A DNA stretch of 64,000 nucleotides from Alphaproteobacteria bacterium (GTDB lineage Bacteria > Pseudomonadota > Alphaproteobacteria > Bin95), in assembly GCA_964291285.2 (NCBI GenBank), contig OZ219788.1, positions 288,001 through 352,000 on the forward strand, given 5' to 3'. Below, one piece after another: positions 29,160-39,533 of the stretch (positions are counted from its first letter, which is position 1; every line of letters starts with the position of its first letter). Both the position numbers and the translations under genes were made by a program. Below the pieces are notes generated by a model. It was not told the DNA's origin, did no database searches, and saw nothing but the letters and a program-made list of their open reading frames with translations.

Positions 29160-31595
29160 ATGGTTATCATGGCTATCGAGCGGACCGGCGGCGCTGGCGA
29201 CGACACCCTGACGGGGGGCGTCGGCAATGACATCCTGAAGGGCGGCCTCGGCGACGACATCCTGACGGGCGGCGACGGCGACGACACGCTGACGGGCGGA
29301 ACCGCAAGCCCGGGAGCCGACGCGGACTTTCTCCTCATGAACCCCGGCAGCTCGGACGATGACACGCTGGACGGCGGCGCGGGGAACGACACGCTGGACG
29401 GCGGCGCGGGCAACGACGCGCTGGACGGCGGCACGGGCAACGACACGCTGTATGGCGGCGACGGGGACGACACGGTCGATGGCGGCGCGGGCAACGACCG
29501 TCTGGAAGGCGGCCGGGGCGCCGACAGGCTGACCGGCGGCCGGGGCGCGGACTCGCTCTATGGCGGCAGTGGCCATGGCGTCGACGTCTTTGCGTTCTCG
29601 GTTGGCGACGGGGCCGATTACATCGGCGATTTCGAGGCTGGCGACATCATCGAGATTGCCGGGGTGTCCGGCGGTTTCGGGGGTCTTGTGATCGAGCAGA
29701 AGGGCTTCAATACCGTCATCAGCTACGGCGACGGCGACACGATCAAGCTGGAGGGCGTGACGGCGGCCTCCCTTGGCGCGGACGACTTCCGGTTCCTTCC
29801 CGTCGAGGCAGCCCCGCCGGAGGGCGGCGGCGAGGACGCTCCTGCACAGGGTGCGCCGCCGGACGGCAACGATGACGGCGACGATGATGCCTCGAGCGGC
29901 GGGCCTTCTGGCGGGGAGGTGCTGAAGGGTAGCAAGGACGCGGACACGCTCACCGGCGGGGCCGGCGACGACACCCTGCGTGGCTACGGGGGCGCCGACA
30001 CGCTGACCGGCGGGGCCGGCGACGACCTCCTCTATGGCGGCCTGGGCGCCGACACGCTGACCGGCGGGGCTGGCGACGATACGCTGGGGGGCGGCAAGGG
30101 CAACGACACTCTGGACGGCGGCGCGGGCGACGACACGCTGCGCGGCGCCAGGGGTGCCGACACGCTGCGCGGCGGCGCGGGCGATGACACGCTGGGGGGC
30201 GGCAAGGGCGCCGACACCTTCGTGTTCGAGGCGGGAGACGGCCACGACACGATCACCGACTTCGGAGCCGGCGACCGGATTCGCCTTGACGGCGAGTCCG
30301 GCGGATTCGTGGCGCTGGTCATCGAGCAGGACGGCGCCGATACCGTCATTCGCTACGGCGGCGGCGGCGACACGATCAGGCTGTCGGGCGTGTCGGCGGA
30401 CAGCTTGGATGCGAACGACTTCATCCTGCCTGCTGGCGGTGGCGGCGACGATCACGACGGCGGCAATCCCCTCGATAGCGACAACGACGGTGGCAACCCG
30501 CTTGACGACGACGATGACAACGACCCGAATGCCAACAACGGCGGCGACGAGGACACGATCCCGGGCACCTCGGGCGATGGGACGCTTGATGTCGAGAACA
30601 CCGGGGACGGAGGCGGCGACTCGGACGTCGGGAGAGACGACGACGACAGCTGCAATAAACCGGGCGAGCTTCCTCGCATCGTCGGTCAGGGCCAGACCGG
30701 ATACAGCATAATCCACGGCACCGAGGACTCGGAGTTCATCTACGGCGGTGCCGGATGGGTCTGGAACACGCTCTACGGCCACGGCGGTCATGACACAATG
30801 GCAGGCGGCTACGGCAGCGATGTGCTGGTCGGCGGCAAGGGCAACGACTGGCTTCGCGGCGACTGGGGGGGATGGGTCTACGGTGACACCTACATTTTCA
30901 ATCCGGGCGACGGCTTCGACTACCTGTTCGAGCTGAGAAAGGAGGATACGATCGAGTTTCACTTCGGCGATCAAGACATGGGTCCCTTCCAGTTCGTCGA
31001 TCACCAGGCGCGCTACTCCATGGATGCGGTCATCGTCTACGGCGATGGTGGCACGTCGGACGGCACCATCCTCTCGCACACCGGCTTCGCCTGCGCGCTG
31101 CAGGTAGACGGCGGCGCGGGCGGCGGAACTGTCCGGATCGGCGACATGTCGCTGGCCGAGTTCAAGGCCTCCGGGATCGGCTTCACCGTCCGGGGCGGTA
31201 ACGGCGACAATACGCTCCACGGCGCCTTCGGCCGGGACATCCTCCAGGGCCTCGGGGGCGACGACACGCTCCACGGCTACGATCGGGACGACCGGCTTTC
31301 GGGGGGGACGGGCGATGACACGCTGATTGGAGGCAAGGGCAACGACCTGCTCCACGGCGGCGCCGGTGCCGACCGATTCGTCTTCGACAGCGAGTCCGAT
31401 ACCGACCGCATCCTGGATTTCGAGGACGGCACCGACATCTTGGTCATCCGTGGGAACCTCCAATTCTCCGATCTGGACATCAAGCAGAGTGGACACAACG
31501 CCGTGATCGGCGATCCTGACAACACATTCTCGATCGTGGTCGAGAACATTCAGGCGTCGCAGCTGACCGAAGCCGATTTCGACTTCGTCGGCTGA
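29160..31595 (+). CDS. RTX/hemolysin-type Ca2+-binding repeat protein, probable type I secretion substrate
   Basis: Many GGxGxDxLx nonapeptides in several blocks, acidic linkers, C-terminal LTEADFDFV; no signal peptide. Confidence 0.9.
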   Translation: MVIMAIERTGGAGDDTLTGGVGNDILKGGLGDDILTGGDGDDTLTGGTASPGADADFLLMNPGSSDDDTLDGGAGNDTLDGGAGNDALDGGTGNDTLYGGDGDDTVDGGAGNDRLEGGRGADRLTGGRGADSLYGGSGHGVDVFAFSVGDGADYIGDFEAGDIIEIAGVSGGFGGLVIEQKGFNTVISYGDGDTIKLEGVTAASLGADDFRFLPVEAAPPEGGGEDAPAQGAPPDGNDDGDDDASSGGPSGGEVLKGSKDADTLTGGAGDDTLRGYGGADTLTGGAGDDLLYGGLGADTLTGGAGDDTLGGGKGNDTLDGGAGDDTLRGARGADTLRGGAGDDTLGGGKGADTFVFEAGDGHDTITDFGAGDRIRLDGESGGFVALVIEQDGADTVIRYGGGGDTIRLSGVSADSLDANDFILPAGGGGDDHDGGNPLDSDNDGGNPLDDDDDNDPNANNGGDEDTIPGTSGDGTLDVENTGDGGGDSDVGRDDDDSCNKPGELPRIVGQGQTGYSIIHGTEDSEFIYGGAGWVWNTLYGHGGHDTMAGGYGSDVLVGGKGNDWLRGDWGGWVYGDTYIFNPGDGFDYLFELRKEDTIEFHFGDQDMGPFQFVDHQARYSMDAVIVYGDGGTSDGTILSHTGFACALQVDGGAGGGTVRIGDMSLAEFKASGIGFTVRGGNGDNTLHGAFGRDILQGLGGDDTLHGYDRDDRLSGGTGDDTLIGGKGNDLLHGGAGADRFVFDSESDTDRILDFEDGTDILVIRGNLQFSDLDIKQSGHNAVIGDPDNTFSIVVENIQASQLTEADFDFVG

Positions 31596-32028
31596 CGCAC
31601 CTGACGCGCGCCGCCAGGGCCATGCGAGAAGCGCCGCGCCGAATGCTGGCCAGAGGGGCAGGAGCGTCGCGGCCCCGACGCGCGGGCGCCCGGCGGCAGT
31701 TGACTGTGGCATGGATGCAACAGGTCCGGGCAATCGGCGTTCGGGCGCCCTGTCCGTTCCCTCCCGGCACATGCGGCCCGGGCGCGCCGTCTCGCCTACG
31801 GCCTCATGCGCTTTCCCCGGCCCGTTTTCCGCCGCCGCGCCCGTTCGACAAGGCCTGTCCAACCCCGCCCGGCGGACCGGTTCAACGGGCCCCACAATAT
31901 CCCCGCCGAGGCAAGGGGGACCTGATACCACCGGTCGTTGATTGGAACCGATAGCAGAGCCTCCCTCCGTAGCCTGCCCCCTGAGCCGAGGCCTCGTACT
32001 GCAAGAGGTAATCTCCGCCGAGAGAGGC

Positions 32029-32262
32029 TTATCGGGTCTTATCTGTGGCCGCTGGCGTGGGCAGACGCCCAAGGATGCGGTTGATCTTGGCGTCGATCTT
32101 GGCGTCAACCCTTGCAAAGGCGGCCTTGAATGCCTTTCGGTCATTGTTGACGGAACCCGCCCACATGCCCCCGCTGAACAGGATAACCATCAGCGTCAGG
32201 GCAGCAGCCCCGACCCGCAGGGGGTCCGCCAATATCCACTCAAACACCGTCTCAAACACCAT
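32029..32262 (-). CDS. Small hypothetical membrane protein, possibly truncated
   Basis: MVFETVFEW start with GAAGGGG RBS; one hydrophobic segment then a short coiled coil. Confidence 0.45.
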   Translation of the reverse strand: MVFETVFEWILADPLRVGAAALTLMVILFSGGMWAGSVNNDRKAFKAAFARVDAKIDAKINRILGRLPTPAATDKTR

Positions 32263-32569
32263 CGTTCCCCTTCCTTCTCGCGCTAATTCTATCCCCGCCG
32301 CACCTGCCTGATCAGTAAGCGGTGCGGCTGAGCCCCCTTCCAGTTGCAGGCGTGTGTCAATGGCAGCCGAAAATTGCGCATTTTTGGCAAGTGAAAATTG
32401 CTCACTTTTGTCTTTGATCCCTTTCGCCCGGCACGGTGCTTGGGGTGTGGGCCTCGATGGAGCTGTGGGTAACCGGGTTGGCGCAGCGACCGCCGCGAGT
32501 CTGGCGGCGACAACCCGGTTATCCATAGCGGGCGGCGGTCACCGTTGCCGTTTTTGCTCCGGGCGGGGA

Positions 32570-33367
32570 TCACGCGGCGGCCCTCTTGCGTCGCCGGTCC
32601 GAGCCGGACTGCAGCAGGTTCTGATGATCGCGCATCCGGTAGGAGTTCCCCCGGATGTTGACGATGTGGCAGTGGTGGACCAGGCGGTCGATGAGAGCCG
32701 CCGCCATGACCTCGTCGCCGAGCACGCCGCCCCAGTCCTCGAAGCCCTTGTTCGAGGTCAGCACGGTCGATGCCTTCTCGTGCCTGGCGTTGATGAGCTG
32801 GAAGAAGAGCACGGCGCCGTCCTGGTTGACGGGCAGGTAGCCGATCTCGTCGACCACCAGCAGCGCCGGGTGTGTGAGCACGCGCAGCCGGTGGGACAGG
32901 TTGCCGGCGGCCTTGGCCTCGGTGAGGGAGTCGATCAGCCCTGCGAGCGTGCCGTAGTAGACGCGCCGTCCAGCTTCGGCCGCGGCGATCGCGAGGCTTA
33001 TGGCCAGATGCGTTTTGCCGACCCCGGGCGGACCAAGCAGGATCACGTTCTCGCGGCGGTCGACGAAGCCGAGCTCGTGCAGGCTCTCGATCTGCTCGCG
33101 CTTGATGCTGGGCTGGAAGGCGAAGTCGAACTGGTCGAGCGTCTTCACCGCGGGCAGCCTGGACGAGCGCATGGCGGTCTGGAGCCTGCGGTTGTTGCGG
33201 AGCACGATCTGGGCGTTCAGCAACTGCTGGATGGCCTCGGCCGCGGTGATCGAGCCGCCGTCGGCTTCGGACAGGATGCCGTCGACGGCCTCCAGCGCGC
33301 CGGGCATCTTCAGGTCGGCCAGCATCGCCCGCAGCCTGTCGCGCCGGCTCGGCGCCGGGGGCTTCAT
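32570..33367 (-). CDS. istB: IS21 helper ATPase
   Basis: GPPGVGKTHLA, VDEIGY, LTSN, DRLVHH, GNSYR. Confidence 0.93.
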   Translation of the reverse strand: MKPPAPSRRDRLRAMLADLKMPGALEAVDGILSEADGGSITAAEAIQQLLNAQIVLRNNRRLQTAMRSSRLPAVKTLDQFDFAFQPSIKREQIESLHELGFVDRRENVILLGPPGVGKTHLAISLAIAAAEAGRRVYYGTLAGLIDSLTEAKAAGNLSHRLRVLTHPALLVVDEIGYLPVNQDGAVLFFQLINARHEKASTVLTSNKGFEDWGGVLGDEVMAAALIDRLVHHCHIVNIRGNSYRMRDHQNLLQSGSDRRRKRAAA

Positions 33368-34386
33368 TGCAGCGCCTCCGCATAGACGCTGAGCGGGCGC
33401 CGTTCGACCTCCACACTTGTCGGAAAGCGCCGTCGTGCGGGCTCCGGAGCCTGGCGGAGGCCGAGACGCCGGTAGGGAGAGATGGCCAGGGGGCGAAGCG
33501 CCGCCCGTTCGTCGCGCTCGAAGCGGTCGACGGGGCGTTCCCCGGTCGTGGCGTGCCGGCGAACGTTGGCCGTACCCTCCAGCCAGCCCGCGGCCTGTTG
33601 GTTGAGATCGTCGTCGTTCGCGAAGCTGCGTCCGTAGAAGAAGCTCTCGCGGATGTAGCGGATCGGACGCTCCACCTTGCCCCTCGTCCGGGCCCGACAG
33701 GGGCGGCACGAGCGGGGCATGAACCCCCAGTGCGTGGCGAAGCGCAGGAACTCCGCGTTGAGCACCAGGCCGCCGGCGCCGGTGCGGTCGTCGGACAGCA
33801 CCACCGCGCGCATCTGGTCGAACAGCAGCTCCTCCGGAACCCCGCCGAACCGACCGAAGGCGCTCTCCAGTCCCTCCATCAGCACTGCCATCGTCTGCCG
33901 GGGGAAGAACCGCAGCCACAGAAGCCGGGAGTAGCCCAGCACCACCACCAGGGCATGACGCCGGCCCCAGGGAAGCCGGAACGTCCCGAAGTCCACCTGG
34001 CCCTGGCGACCCGCCGGCGTCTCGAACCGCACCACCGCCTCGACCGGCTCGCGCGGCCGCGTCGCACGCACATAGTCCAGCACGCGGCGATAGCCGCCCG
34101 GGTAGCCCGCCGCGCGAACCTCGTCGAACAGACGCTTCGCCGAGAGCTTCGGGAACTCCTCAAGGCGCGCGTCGATGATCCCCTTGTAGGGATCCAGCTT
34201 GTGAGCCACCGGGGGGCGCGGCGCATAACCTCGCGGGCCGGCCGACAGATCACGGTCCAGTTGGCCCGTCTCGATCCAGTAATGGATCGTGCGCCGGTTC
34301 ACCCCGAACCGGCGCGACAGCTCCGCCTTCGAAACGCCCCGGTCCAGATAGTGCTTCAACAACATCCTCGTCTCCCATCCATACAT
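33364..34386 (-). CDS. istA: IS21 transposase
   Basis: RFETPAGRQGQVDF, LGYSR, FDQM, GKVER. Confidence 0.93.
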   Translation of the reverse strand: MYGWETRMLLKHYLDRGVSKAELSRRFGVNRRTIHYWIETGQLDRDLSAGPRGYAPRPPVAHKLDPYKGIIDARLEEFPKLSAKRLFDEVRAAGYPGGYRRVLDYVRATRPREPVEAVVRFETPAGRQGQVDFGTFRLPWGRRHALVVVLGYSRLLWLRFFPRQTMAVLMEGLESAFGRFGGVPEELLFDQMRAVVLSDDRTGAGGLVLNAEFLRFATHWGFMPRSCRPCRARTRGKVERPIRYIRESFFYGRSFANDDDLNQQAAGWLEGTANVRRHATTGERPVDRFERDERAALRPLAISPYRRLGLRQAPEPARRRFPTSVEVERRPLSVYAEALQ

Positions 34387-34560
34387 CCGCGCGCCGCACC
34401 CCGCTCCGTTGGCAAAGCCAACAGAGCGGCCCGACGCATCTTCAGCGACAAGCCAAAAGTGAGAAATTTCGGGTTGCCAGAAATGGGAAACTTACGGGTG
34501 CCACCAACAGCGTGATTTGGGATTCCCCTTTTGTGATTTGAACAGGAGGTGAGTTTCACA

Positions 34561-34947
34561 ATGTTGGGCTCAGTTGAGACACTCAGGAGCGTAGAAGTGC
34601 TTCCGGTTGGAGGCGGTTGTCGTCGCTGGCCGGATGATTTGAAGGCGCGGATTGTGGCGGAGACGCTGGAGCCGGGTGCGACGGTTCGCGAGGTTGCGCG
34701 CAGACATGGCGTCCATGCGAACCAGTTGACGGGCTGGCGTCGCCTGGCGCGGGAAGGTCGGCTTGTTTTGCCTGCGGCGGAAGTGGCGTTTGCGCCGCTG
34801 GTTGTCCGGGCGGAGGGTAGCGGTGTCGGTGAGGCGAGCGGCGCGCGTCTGGAAGTCGTTATGGACAGGGTTACGGTCCGTCTGGACGCGGCCGTGCCGG
34901 CGGGACGGTTGGCGGAGATCGTTTCTGCGCTGAACGCGGCGTCATGA
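34561..34947 (+). CDS. tnpA: IS66 accessory protein TnpA
   Basis: RRWPDDLKARIVAETLEPGATVREVARRHG HTH; start uncertain. Confidence 0.85.
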   Translation: MLGSVETLRSVEVLPVGGGCRRWPDDLKARIVAETLEPGATVREVARRHGVHANQLTGWRRLAREGRLVLPAAEVAFAPLVVRAEGSGVGEASGARLEVVMDRVTVRLDAAVPAGRLAEIVSALNAAS

Positions 34948-35297
34948 TCTTCCCATCGAACCGTGTGCGGATCGTCGTTGCGACGAAGCCCGTGGACTTC
35001 AGGAAGCAGCACGACGGCCTTGTTGCGCATGTGAAGAGCGTGTTGCGCAAGGACCCGTTCACGGGAACGGTCTTCCTCTTCAGGGCAAAACGAAGCGACA
35101 GGCTGAAGCTCGTCTTCCATGACGGGACCGGGTTGGTGATGGTCTACAAGCGTCTGGAGGATCAGGGCTTCGTGTGGCCTGCGATCCGCGACGGTGTCAT
35201 GACGCTGAACCATGCACAGTTCGAGGCGCTGTTCTGCGGGCTGGACTGGCGTCGTGTTCGGGCGCTGTCCGTCCGGGCCCCGGCTGAGGCGGAATGA
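34944..35297 (+). CDS. tnpB: IS66 accessory protein TnpB
   Basis: PVDFRKQHDGL, DGTGL..VYKRLE. Confidence 0.92.
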   Translation: MIFPSNRVRIVVATKPVDFRKQHDGLVAHVKSVLRKDPFTGTVFLFRAKRSDRLKLVFHDGTGLVMVYKRLEDQGFVWPAIRDGVMTLNHAQFEALFCGLDWRRVRALSVRAPAEAE

Positions 35298-35348
35298 CTC
35301 AGCGGATCGGGGCCCCCGGCTCCCCGACACTGTGCTATCGAGCGGGCC

Positions 35349-36881
35349 ATGGCAGCGCTTGCGGAGATGGACCTCGACACGCTGACGCCGGAACAGGCGG
35401 CGGCTGCGAGGCAGGCGCTTGCGGCTCTGGAGACGCTTCGCACCGGGAACAGGACGCTGACGGAAGAGAAGGTCTGCCTCGCGGGTGAGAATGAGGCGCT
35501 GTCGGCGCGCATCCGCCGTCTGGAGCATCTGAACCTTGAACTGGTCCGCCTTGTGTATGGCAAGAGGTCGGAGAAGCTGTCGGCGGACGAGCGCCAGCTG
35601 GCGTTCGAGGAGCTGGAGGGCGCGTCTGCGGAGGGGGAAGCACAGGCCGCGGCCGACAATCCGTCGCCGCCGCGCGCACCGAGGAAGCCCCGCCCGGAGC
35701 GCAATCCCGGCCATTTGCCGGAGCACCTGGAACGGATCGAGCAGGTGATCGAGCCGGAGAGCACGCTGTGCCCCTGCGGCTGCGGGGAGATGGTGAAGAT
35801 CGGCGAGGACCGCGCCGAGAGGCTCGACATCGTGCCGGCGCAGTTGCGGGTAATCGTCACGGTGCGCCCGAAATACGCCTGCCGCAAGTGCGAGGAAGGC
35901 GTTACCCAGGCGCCGGCGCCGGCGCGGCTGATCGAGGGCGGGCTGCCGACCGAAGGCGCCATCGCCCATGTCCTGATCTCCAAATATGCCGACCACCTTC
36001 CGCTGTACCGCCAGGCCCGGATCCATGCCCGCTCGGGGCTGCAACTGGACCGCTCGACGCTGGCCGGCTGGGTCGGCAAGGCGGCGTTCCACCTCGGGCC
36101 CGTGTATGAGCGCCTGAAGACGGCGCTGAAGATGTCGAGCACCCTGGGTCTGGACGAAACCACGGTTCGGGTTCTCGACCCGGGCCGGGGCAAGACCAAA
36201 ACCGGCTATCTGTGGACCATGGTGCGCGACCAGCGGGCCTGGTCCGGGGCGGACCCGCCGGGGGTGGTCTATGAGTATGCGCCCGGGCGCAGCGGCAAGC
36301 ATGGCGAGAAGCTGCTCGAGGGCTTCCAGGGATCGGTGCAGGTCGACGGCTATGCCGGCCACAACCGGCTCGGCCGGGCGGATCGCCCGGGCGGGGCGCT
36401 GACGCTCTGTGCCTGTTGGGCACACGCCAGGCGCGGCCTTGAGACGGTGTTCGACAGCAGCCGCTCGCCGATCGCGAAGGCCGGACTGGAGCGCATCGCG
36501 CAGCTCTACAGGATCGAGGACAGGATCCGGGGCGAGGAGCCGGCGACGCGCCAGTTCGTCCGCTGGACCGGGTCCGCGCCGCTGGTGAACGCCTTCGGGG
36601 TGTGGCTCGACGAGCAGCGCTCGCGCGTCTCGCCCAAGTCCCGCCTCGGCGAGAAGTTGACCTACATCGCCAACCAGTGGGACGGGCTGCTGGTCTTCCT
36701 GCACGACGGGCGCGTCGAGATGGACAGCAACTTCGTCGAAAATCGGATCCGGCCGATCAAGCTCACCGCGAAAAATGCGTTGTTCGCCGGCCACGACGAG
36801 GGCGCGCGCTCCTGGGGCCGCATCGGCTCGCTCATCGAGACGGCGAAGATGAACGGCGTCGAGCCCTACGCCTGGCTCAAG
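35349..36881 (+). pseudogene. tnpC: IS66 transposase TnpC; the last 28 codons are displaced to 60619-60705
   Basis: CPCGC, KYADHLPLYRQ, DET, DGYAG, CWAHARR, DSNFVEN; cut at AWLK by IS1634. Confidence 0.92.
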
Positions 36882-38408
36882 CCCAACTTCAACAGTGACG
36901 ATTAAAAGTATTCGATAGAACAGGGAGTTACACCGGCATCGCCGGGTGTACCCACTACATTTCGTTGATTTTGGGGACGGTCAGGCTTTGTGTTCGCGCC
37001 AGTTCGGCGGCAGCGCGATGCCGACGGCCTGGAAGACCTTTCCGACCTGGCCCTCGACATGGGTGCGGGTGGTGATGCGCTTGCCGTCCTTCTCGATGGT
37101 GGCCTCTTGCAGGCGGTCGAGATCGCGGATCAGGTCGTCCCATTCGACGTTGACGTTGGCGGCGGCGCAGCGGTCGGCCAGTTCCTTCTGGAGGACGAGC
37201 GCGAGGAAGGAGCAGAAGACGTGGCCGCGGATCGCGGCGTCGCAGGAGTGGTAGATCGGGCGGGTGCGCAACTGGGCCTTCGCCCGGCGGAACAGGTCTT
37301 CCACCGTGAGCAGCTCCCGGTAGCGGAGCACGGCATTGAGCGGCGTCATGCCGGCGTTGGTGCGCAGCACGAAGATGCCGTCGAAGCGGGCCTCCTCGGC
37401 GAGCTTGCCGGCGTCGATCTCGAACGCCTTGCCCGCGCCCGTGCGGCGCAGATAACGCCGGTAGGCGCTGTTGCCGATCAGCGCTTTCTCGCCGTCCGCA
37501 AGGCGGCGCTGGAGGCCGTCCACCACGGCCTGCCGGTCGGCGCGGTCCTTCTGTGCCTCCGCCTCGTTGCGGCACACGATGTAGCGCGCGCCGCCCACCG
37601 TGACTTCCTTCACGAACAGCTGCGTCTCGCCGCGCGGACGCTTGAGGAGCAGCGGCACAAAGGGCTTCGTGTCCTTCAGCACCACCTCGCGGACCACCTT
37701 CGTGCGCCGCTCGCGCGCGCCCAGGATGTAGTCCAGCCCCCGCTCTTCCAGCGCCGCTATCGTCGCCGCCGAGATCATCCCCCGGTCCGCCACCACGCAC
37801 ACACGACCGATCCCGAAGCGTGACCGAAGACGGTCCACGATCGGCAGCAGCACCCTGGTGTCGGCCGTGTTGCCCGGCAGCATCTCCGTGCACACAGGCC
37901 GGCCCTCGCCGTCCAGCACCACCGCCAGAACCATCTGGCGCAAGTCCGGGCGATGGTCCTTCGAGTAGCCGTGCGCGCCCAGCGTCTCGCCGCCCGCGCC
38001 GTGGAACGACAGCGTCGTGGTGTCCATGAACACCACAGACAGGTCGGTGAACAGGTCCCGCCTGTGCTCGAACAGACGCTCCTCGATCCCGTCCTTCACG
38101 CAGCGCGGCGCAAGCGCGCCTTCCGCCGGCGCCTCCAGCTCCTCCCCGAGCCAGGCCATCGCCCGATACAGCTGATGAAGCCGCAGCCCCTCGATCCCCT
38201 CGATCGCGTAGTCGGCCATCCACTTCTCGCACGACCGGTCCGAACCCGACACGAACAGACGGTGCAGAACGCTCACGAACACCGCGCGCCGCACCTGTCG
38301 GTTCTAACCTGTTGATACAGCGTCTGTTTTTCCTCGTGCAACAGCGGGTCAGGGGTGCAACTGCAACCGCAATGTGCCCCGCCTGCAAATGGATGCAGGA
38401 GGAAATCC

Positions 38409-39530
38409 ATGCCCATCGTACGCCTCAACGAGAGCCGGATCGAGGCCCTTGAATCCCGAAAGGCGCCATATGATGTCCGCGACGCAGAGCTGAAGGGCTT
38501 CGGCGTCCGCATCCTGCCTTCGGGCAGCAAACGCTATTTCATTCACAGCCAGCATCAGGGCCGGCGCCTCTGGAAGACCGTGGGCGACGCCGGCAGCATC
38601 GGCTTCGACGAAGCCCGCCGGCAGGCAACGGAACTGCTTGCCGCCATCCGGCGCGACGAACCCGCCGCGCTTCCCGAAGACAGGCTCTTCGAGGCCGTGG
38701 CGGAGGAAGTCTTCTCCCGCTACGGGCGGCACTGGAAGCCCGGAACCATGAAGGTCAACCGGGGCTATCTGCGCAGCACGATCCTTCCCCGGTTCGCCGG
38801 GATGAACATCGCCGACATCACGAAAGCCGACGTGCAGCGCTGGTTCGCGTCCCTTCATGCCACGCCGGTGGCGGCCGACCGGTCGGCGCCGATCCTGTCC
38901 GTCATCATGCGCCAGGCCGAACTCTACGGCTACCGCCCCGAGGGCAGCAATCCCTGCACCGGCATCCGCCGCTACCGGCGCAAGGGACGGGAGCGGTTTC
39001 TTTCGGCGACCGAGCTTCGCCGCCTCGCGCGCGTGCTCGGAGATCATGAAGACCGGCATTCGCGCTGCGTCGCATTCATCCGCCTGCTGCTGCTGACCGG
39101 CTGCCGCAAGAGCGAGATACTGACCCTGCAATGGTCCGACTGCCGCGAGGGGCGCCTGTTCCTGCGCGACGGCAAGACCGGGCCCCGGACCGTGTGGCTG
39201 TCCTCGCCCGCGCGCGCCGTCCTGGACGGGCTTGCCCGGCAGGGCAAATGGGTCTTTCCCTCGCCGCAGAGGCAGGGGCCGGTATCCGCAACCGTCTTCG
39301 AGACCTTCTGGTGGCGGGTCCGGGAGGAGGCGGGGATTGCCGATGTGCGCCTGCATGACCTTCGGCATACATATGCCAGCATCGCCATCATGGGGGGCGA
39401 GACCGTCACGGCGACGGCGCGGCTGCTCGGGCACAACGATGCGCAGACAACACTGAAATACGCTCATTTGTCCGACCGTTCGGTCCGGGAGGCCGCCGAC
39501 GCCCTCGGCTCCATCCTCGGGGAGAGCTGA
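38409..39530 (+). CDS. Tyrosine recombinase A with an N-terminal arm-binding-like domain
   Basis: DAELKGFGVRILPSGSK; catalytic TGCR, DGKTG, HDLRH, LLGH, TLKYAH. Confidence 0.93.
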   Translation: MPIVRLNESRIEALESRKAPYDVRDAELKGFGVRILPSGSKRYFIHSQHQGRRLWKTVGDAGSIGFDEARRQATELLAAIRRDEPAALPEDRLFEAVAEEVFSRYGRHWKPGTMKVNRGYLRSTILPRFAGMNIADITKADVQRWFASLHATPVAADRSAPILSVIMRQAELYGYRPEGSNPCTGIRRYRRKGRERFLSATELRRLARVLGDHEDRHSRCVAFIRLLLLTGCRKSEILTLQWSDCREGRLFLRDGKTGPRTVWLSSPARAVLDGLARQGKWVFPSPQRQGPVSATVFETFWWRVREEAGIADVRLHDLRHTYASIAIMGGETVTATARLLGHNDAQTTLKYAHLSDRSVREAADALGSILGES

Positions 39531-39533
39531 TCC

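Larger units (their letters stand above)
32355..34509 (-). mobile_element. IS21-family element inside the IS66 left end
   Basis: TGT...ACA ends with internal repeats; TSD GCGTG (32350-32354 / 34510-34514). Confidence 0.92.

Noticed and set aside
29180-30220. 27-bp periodic repeats resembling an array
   Set aside because: They encode RTX nonapeptides in frame and have no unique spacers, so this is not a CRISPR array
34944-35297. tnpB as an RNA-guided nuclease
   Set aside because: This is the 117-aa IS66 accessory TnpB, unrelated to IS200/IS605 TnpB; no RuvC motifs
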